Notes under the pieces: generated by a model | The model's database searches: none | Seen by the model: the letters and a program-made list of their open reading frames with translations, nothing else | What the model was told of the DNA's origin: nothing | Assembly (NCBI GenBank): GCA_964430885.1 | Contig: CAYSHM010000015.1 | Coordinates: forward strand, 1-64,000 | Direction of reading: 5' to 3' | Length of the DNA stretch: 64,000 bases | Origin: an uncultured archaeon | GTDB taxonomy: Archaea > Thermoplasmatota > Penumbrarchaeia > JASLWR01 | Program-made: the position numbers and the translations under genes | Shown: piece by piece, positions 58,560 through 64,000 of the stretch | How the letters are laid out: each line of letters begins with the position of its first letter | Position numbering within the stretch: position 1 is the first letter of the stretch

Positions 58560-59209
58560 TATTCTGTTTCGTCAATTCTGAGATGTTCCGGTATGGGCGG
58601 TATGTAAAGAAAAGCATGAATTGCAGCGGAGAACCACAAGCCTGTTATGAGTCCGAAAAGAAAACCTGTAGCCAGCCGGGTAATGTTGGTACTTTCGTAG
58701 GAAGAGATCATCTGTATGGACCCGTCTAGGGCCATGGGGAGTGCCAGCAGTATAGATAACAGCACAAGAACAGGAGATAGCTGGAAATCCATGTGTTTAT
58801 TTATCCTGCTGTCGCCCTTCATTATCAGTTTTCTAATGGGTTTGGGGATCAAACTCAGCAGTATCTGTGATGCGAACATTCTGGTTGATGCAACCAGGGT
58901 GACCAGCATTCCAGCGGATAGGCCCGTGAAGATAGAAATGCATCTAGCGCACATGGGCAGCTGATTACCATGGAGATGAAAGGATCTATCCTCAATCTGA
59001 TGGCAATTGAAATCACCGAAGTAGTATATAATCCTAGGATACGGGGGCAGATCGTCCCAATGATTTGAATGGTCCAGCATATTTGCGTTTGCGTCCAGAT
59101 GGTCAACGGTTCCAGGTTCGAGGAGGAATGGCACTATGAAAAATGATATAGAGAAAAATCCTATGATTATAAACAGTACCAGGGTTACTCTTTTTCCCGA
59201 AGAATCCAT
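58559..59209 (-). CDS. DUF2085-like membrane protein
   Basis: CHQIEDRSF..QLPMCARC, PMALDG..Q..YESTN..RLATG. Confidence 0.85.
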   Translation of the reverse strand: MDSSGKRVTLVLFIIIGFFSISFFIVPFLLEPGTVDHLDANANMLDHSNHWDDLPPYPRIIYYFGDFNCHQIEDRSFHLHGNQLPMCARCISIFTGLSAGMLVTLVASTRMFASQILLSLIPKPIRKLIMKGDSRINKHMDFQLSPVLVLLSILLALPMALDGSIQMISSYESTNITRLATGFLFGLITGLWFSAAIHAFLYIPPIPEHLRIDETE

Positions 59210-59438
59210 ACCATCAGTAAGGGCTGTTTTGTGTTATAAAGGATTTGACAATTTTCTGCTTTTTATAGTACAGTAGTTTCAATTCAACAGATTTATTTGC
59301 TTGATAGGTTTGGCCGTGGATGATTGAACAATAATTTAATATATTAGTCCCTTAATTTAATAAGGTTTCAATTATTATGTTTGCTGAATCTCCAGCAATT
59401 CAAAATAAATATTCGCAGTATTAAAGTTGGGTGTAGAT

Positions 59439-62400
59439 ATGAGGAAGAATGATTATAAGATAATTTACAGGTTAATGATCCTTTTGATTGCGGCTTTTTT
59501 CTTAACTAGCTCCTTGCTCCCTTCCATCTCTGCAGGTCAGGGGCAGATGGATGACAAACCTGATTTCTTGCTGGATCAAGAAAATGGAGCTTCAGGTGCG
59601 GTTATGGATCTAGACGAGAGTTTCCAGTGGGTGAATTATTCAGCCTATGATTCCAGCGGAGACGGTCTTAATGACAGTGTGAAAGCAAGATTCGGAGTTG
59701 TTACCCAGGGTCTTAGTGAGGAAGTCCAGGTGAACATGACAGTAACAAATTCCACTGGAGCAGTTGTGAAGACCGATTTTACACAATTCGTAGCCAGAAG
59801 AAGAGCAGTGAACATAACCAATCTGCATTTTGATTTTACAGCAGGAAAAACAGATAATTACAATATCTATCTAACATTGATAGACACAAATCACAACACT
59901 GTTGAAGATGACCATAACAATACCAATATATCCCTCTTTTTCCAATTCCAGAGATACGATATTCATCTGGATACCTTTGTTTCAGACCTCAACGGCAACG
60001 GCAGTGCAAACGATGTGAAGATAATCTGTCTTGATTCTGATTCCCTTCCTGTTGAGAACGCAACCATATTATTGGACGGTTGGGAAGTGGGCCGGACCGA
60101 TGCCCGGGGCAATCTTACGATATTCAATGTCAGCGGGCATCATCGTGAGATAGATGCTTTCTATTCTATAGCACATGCAAATACCGATATTGATATTGAA
60201 GCCAACCTTCCCGGGTTAATGATTGTTGATCCCGATCCGGAGGACAATGACGGTGACGGATACAATGATGATGTGAAGGCATATGTCAGGCTGGCTGACG
60301 GATCCCCTGCCGTGGGAGCCACTGTGGATATCGGATGGAACAGAGCCTTTGTAAATGCAAGAGGTTTCGCACAGTTCAATAACTTGACTGATGGGCCTTA
60401 TGATGTATGGGTAACTTACCTTGGTAATCTATACGCCCGTTCATATTTCTATTCTGAAGGTATTACTATTGTAGAATATGACATGTATTTCTATTCTATT
60501 TATACATACCCAATTGATGCGGATGGCGACGGAAAGGAGAACGATCTGGAGATATACTGCGACGTGGATATCAGTGATGGTGTGACAGCAGAGGTGAACA
60601 TCAACGCAACACTCTATGATAATTATGCTTACAAGATCGGGTTCGCAAACACAAGTTATGTAACAACAGGATATGATGTGGAAAAGGAATTCTTTTATTT
60701 GTACGATCTTGAAGACGGAGTATACACTTTGAGATTTGAGCTGTTTGATTCAAATTGGACCCTCAGGGATGCCAGCACTCAGACAGAAATAGCAGTCGGA
60801 ATGGAACATACCTTGGTCAATGTAGAGAAGATGGTGGATGACATGGACGGTGGAGGTAATATGAACGATATAATGTTCTATGCGCACATTTGGGACAGAA
60901 GTGCGGAGAATATCACGGTCCGAACCTATTATTATTCTAACGATACCCTCTATAACGAATCGATCACTGATGAATGGGGAATGGTAGAACTGTTTAACCT
61001 TCCGGAGGATAAATATTATTTCCACGCCTATAAACCAAACAGACAATTCTCTGAATATGGAAATTTCACTATCTACACGAGGTTCCCCCGGGCTTTTCAG
61101 ACCATGGAATTTCTCACTGATGCTGACTGGGACGGTGATTTCGATGATTTCATGATCTACGCATATGACTCGTTTGGGATGGCCGATCAGAATACCTATG
61201 TAGAGGTTTGGGATGAATTCGGCTGGAGGGTTGACGATGGTATGACAAATGACCCACAGTATGGTCCAGGATATTTTATTGCTTACGATGTTGATAGATG
61301 GGAGGATTCAAACACATTCACCTTTTCAGCTCAGCATATTACTCCCCAATTCACAACAAACGTAACTAACGGAACGTTCTTTACAGACCTGGTTAATAGC
61401 GTTTATTATCTGCCGCTTTTCATAGAGACAAGGGTCTATGATGCCAACGGAACTGGACTGGAAGATGATGTTGAAATTACAGTAACGGATATGAACGGAA
61501 ATCCTGCAGTGGATGCTGAAGTTGAGATTCACAATACATATTACAGCGAAATTAACAATTACTGGGAAATATGGACAAGAACGGATAATAACGGAAAAGC
61601 ATTTTATTCTGATCTACCCGGGGGAGAATATAAAGTCTATGCCTTTGATTATTTCAATAATTCCCGCGGGAATAATAAATTCAATTCTAGAGGATCCTTG
61701 GGAATGTTATTGGATTCATTCACCAATGCAAGAACATTGGTGTTAAATGATGATCTGATTAGGGACGATATTGATTTAACCTTTGAGATTAAATGCAGCG
61801 CGTTTGGTTGGGAAAACATTACCATAATCACCAATATATCTTATGAATCCAATGGTACTGTTTTTAAATTGTTAAACGAAACTATGATGAGTGATATTGA
61901 TATTTATTACCAAAATTATGTTTTTAATATCCCATTTGGAAATTATTCAGTCTCAATAAAACTATATGATGAGAACAACACCCTAAGAGATCAAAAAAAC
62001 ATCAAAAACCTGCGATTGTATGAATCTGAACGGATTTTAAACACAGGTATAACTTTCTATTCATATTGGAATGAAATATTTTTAGCTCCACGATACATTG
62101 ATGTATATAATCTTGTATCAAACTTTACATTGAAGAATTCTACAGGTATCGTGGATATTTCATCTTTCGAATGGCATTCTAAGGTATATTATGATCTTTA
62201 TCCTGATACATATCAATGGTTCGTGAATGAAACAAGGTTTGGTTTAAATGATTCTGGGGAGTTTCTAATAGATATGAACTACGGTTTTGATTGTTTTTTA
62301 TCAGACGAGGATAATGAGGGCTATTATGATGATTTTACCATCTTTGTTTATGATCGCAACGGTTCCGATATCGAGAATGCCATTGTAACCGTATGGGACG

Positions 62401-63998
62401 CAAACGGCCTACCCTTCACCTCAGGCAGAACTACAGGTGGCAAATTCGCCCTATACAACCTGTCAAAAGGAAATTATACCTACACTCTTACCCACAACCG
62501 CAAAACCCTCCTATCAGGTGATTTTTATTCATATACAAACGGTTACATGAATCATCCTCCTGTGGCCAACATTTCCCACCCCAGGAATGACAGCACTTTC
62601 ATGCGGAATGATAACGTATATTTTGATGCAGGGAATTCCTCTGATTCGGATGTCAATGATACAATTCATTTTACCTGGGTATCGGATAAAGAAGGTGTAT
62701 TATCCCATGCAGTGAACTTCAATACGACATCACTGAGCCCTGGAGTTCATACCATTACCCTATACTGCGACGACGCTCATGAGCAAAACGTATCCACATC
62801 AATCATTATCACGATTCTAACACCGAATATACTGCCGACTGCTAATGCAGGGGAGGATATTGTGGCCTTTATCAATGAGACCGTTGAATTACTAGGTTCT
62901 GCTTGGGATGAGGATGGATCCATTGTCAGGTACAAGTGGGATTTCGACGGGGACGGGATCTTTGATTGGAACCAGACATCCAATCAGATGGTTGCATATA
63001 CATATGCGGAACTAGGGCTTTATCATCCTGTATTCTGGATCATGGACGATAGGGGGGATGTGGATGAAGATACCATCAATATCACAGTCACTTACCGCAA
63101 CAGCCCTCCGGTCCCTAGAGCGGGGGAGGAATTGGATGTTTTCACCGGTGACAAATGCATCCTGAACGGAACAGGGTCCTATGATCCGAACATGAACTAC
63201 GGAGACCTTATAGTGACATACGGGTGGAACTGCACAAGTCATTTCAATTTCAGCCTGAACCAGTCTGACAGCCCTGAACCCCATTTCACTCCAACCATGG
63301 CAGGCATATACACTTTCAAACTCTCGGTCAAGGACATTAATGGAGCCTGGTCCCTATGGGAGGATACTGTGAATGTGACAGTCACCGATCGTCCCAATGT
63401 CCGTCCTGTTGCAAAGGCCGGCCCTGATAGAATGGGCTACCTGGGAGATTCCTTCGTATTGGACGCAAGGGGAAGCAGGGATACTGACGGGGAGATAGTT
63501 GAATATCTATGGAGATGTGACTATCCGGAGGATGCGGCCCCTGACACTGGAGAACCTAATTTCACTTTTACACCTTTAGATGACAGTGCCTACAACTTCA
63601 GCCTCAGAGTGAGGGATGATGACGATGCGTGGAGTCTCTGGGACTTTGTCAATATCAGTGTGGTGGAAACAAACCTCAAACCAATAGCTGAAGCGGTGCC
63701 CGTGAGCCAGGCAGAGGTATTTGAACCTGTTATCCTTAAGTCCACTGGAAGTTATGATCCCAACGACGATATGAATGATAATGGGATTATTGATTATGAT
63801 GAATCTGACAATCTGTATTACCAGTGGGATATTGACGGTGACAATAAAACAGATATTACTGGCAGAACAACTTCCTACGTCTATACGGAAACAGGGACTT
63901 TCAAGGTAACCTTGAAGGTGACTGACCAGGGGACTGACACGGATCCTGAACCTTTATGGGACTCGGATTATTTCCAGATACTGGTGAAAGTCAAGAAC
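59439..63998 (+). CDS. Giant secreted surface glycoprotein with DxDGDG loops and PKD domains (3' end runs off the window; >1500 aa)
   Basis: ATG 59439, MRKNDYKIIYRLMILLIAAFFLTSSLLPSISA signal; frame open wherever sampled; absent from the ORF track, consistent with no stop; PxAxAG..YxWD PKD repeats after ~62550. Confidence 0.85.
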   Translation, partial: MRKNDYKIIYRLMILLIAAFFLTSSLLPSISAGQGQMDDKPDFLLDQENGASGAVMDLDESFQWVNYSAYDSSGDGLNDSVKARFGVVTQGLSEEVQVNMTVTNSTGAVVKTDFTQFVARRRAVNITNLHFDFTAGKTDNYNIYLTLIDTNHNTVEDDHNNTNISLFFQFQRYDIHLDTFVSDLNGNGSANDVKIICLDSDSLPVENATILLDGWEVGRTDARGNLTIFNVSGHHREIDAFYSIAHANTDIDIEANLPGLMIVDPDPEDNDGDGYNDDVKAYVRLADGSPAVGATVDIGWNRAFVNARGFAQFNNLTDGPYDVWVTYLGNLYARSYFYSEGITIVEYDMYFYSIYTYPIDADGDGKENDLEIYCDVDISDGVTAEVNINATLYDNYAYKIGFANTSYVTTGYDVEKEFFYLYDLEDGVYTLRFELFDSNWTLRDASTQTEIAVGMEHTLVNVEKMVDDMDGGGNMNDIMFYAHIWDRSAENITVRTYYYSNDTLYNESITDEWGMVELFNLPEDKYYFHAYKPNRQFSEYGNFTIYTRFPRAFQTMEFLTDADWDGDFDDFMIYAYDSFGMADQNTYVEVWDEFGWRVDDGMTNDPQYGPGYFIAYDVDRWEDSNTFTFSAQHITPQFTTNVTNGTFFTDLVNSVYYLPLFIETRVYDANGTGLEDDVEITVTDMNGNPAVDAEVEIHNTYYSEINNYWEIWTRTDNNGKAFYSDLPGGEYKVYAFDYFNNSRGNNKFNSRGSLGMLLDSFTNARTLVLNDDLIRDDIDLTFEIKCSAFGWENITIITNISYESNGTVFKLLNETMMSDIDIYYQNYVFNIPFGNYSVSIKLYDENNTLRDQKNIKNLRLYESERILNTGITFYSYWNEIFLAPRYIDVYNLVSNFTLKNSTGIVDISSFEWHSKVYYDLYPDTYQWFVNETRFGLNDSGEFLIDMNYGFDCFLSDEDNEGYYDDFTIFVYDRNGSDIENAIVTVWDANGLPFTSGRTTGGKFALYNLSKGNYTYTLTHNRKTLLSGDFYSYTNGYMNHPPVANISHPRNDSTFMRNDNVYFDAGNSSDSDVNDTIHFTWVSDKEGVLSHAVNFNTTSLSPGVHTITLYCDDAHEQNVSTSIIITILTPNILPTANAGEDIVAFINETVELLGSAWDEDGSIVRYKWDFDGDGIFDWNQTSNQMVAYTYAELGLYHPVFWIMDDRGDVDEDTINITVTYRNSPPVPRAGEELDVFTGDKCILNGTGSYDPNMNYGDLIVTYGWNCTSHFNFSLNQSDSPEPHFTPTMAGIYTFKLSVKDINGAWSLWEDTVNVTVTDRPNVRPVAKAGPDRMGYLGDSFVLDARGSRDTDGEIVEYLWRCDYPEDAAPDTGEPNFTFTPLDDSAYNFSLRVRDDDDAWSLWDFVNISVVETNLKPIAEAVPVSQAEVFEPVILKSTGSYDPNDDMNDNGIIDYDESDNLYYQWDIDGDNKTDITGRTTSYVYTETGTFKVTLKVTDQGTDTDPEPLWDSDYFQILVKVKN

Positions 63999-64000
63999 AG

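Noticed and set aside
59640-63284. Short ORFs listed in the last 4.5 kb
   Set aside because: Shadows of the plus-strand gene starting at 59439.

Overview
Archaeal chromosomal window, most likely Thermoplasmatota (inferred from archaeal SRP RNA, tgtA, Tfx, a PolB2 cassette, Lhr, a long-type FKBP, GGAGG/GGTGA Shine-Dalgarno sites and many acidic surface glycoproteins). The first 18 kb hold three tandem minus-strand paralogous giant surface-protein genes; the first is truncated by the window edge and absent from the ORF track. They share one scaffold with fixed slots carrying interchangeable modules: ALK/LTK-type glycine-rich domains in two genes, Cys-rich jelly-roll-like domains or nothing in the third. 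The two complete genes end in TPSF + transmembrane helix + basic linker, followed in frame by a complete class III (type IV pilin) signal peptide and a 161-aa pilin domain. This apparent adhesin-pilin polyprotein is the best candidate for an undescribed system. The rest contains housekeeping genes, a 2.9-kb tandem duplication of a PKD surface-protein gene with a flavin reductase pseudogene, SRP RNA, a Tfx/ABC-transporter divergon, tRNA-Val(TAC) preceded by an interrupted copy of its own 5' end, a RadA-like/PolB2/SRAP damage-response cluster, an AcnX pair next to a PlsA/Ger-like activase-reductase fusion, and a final giant surface-protein gene running off the right edge. All family calls come from motif recognition by eye; no searches were run.
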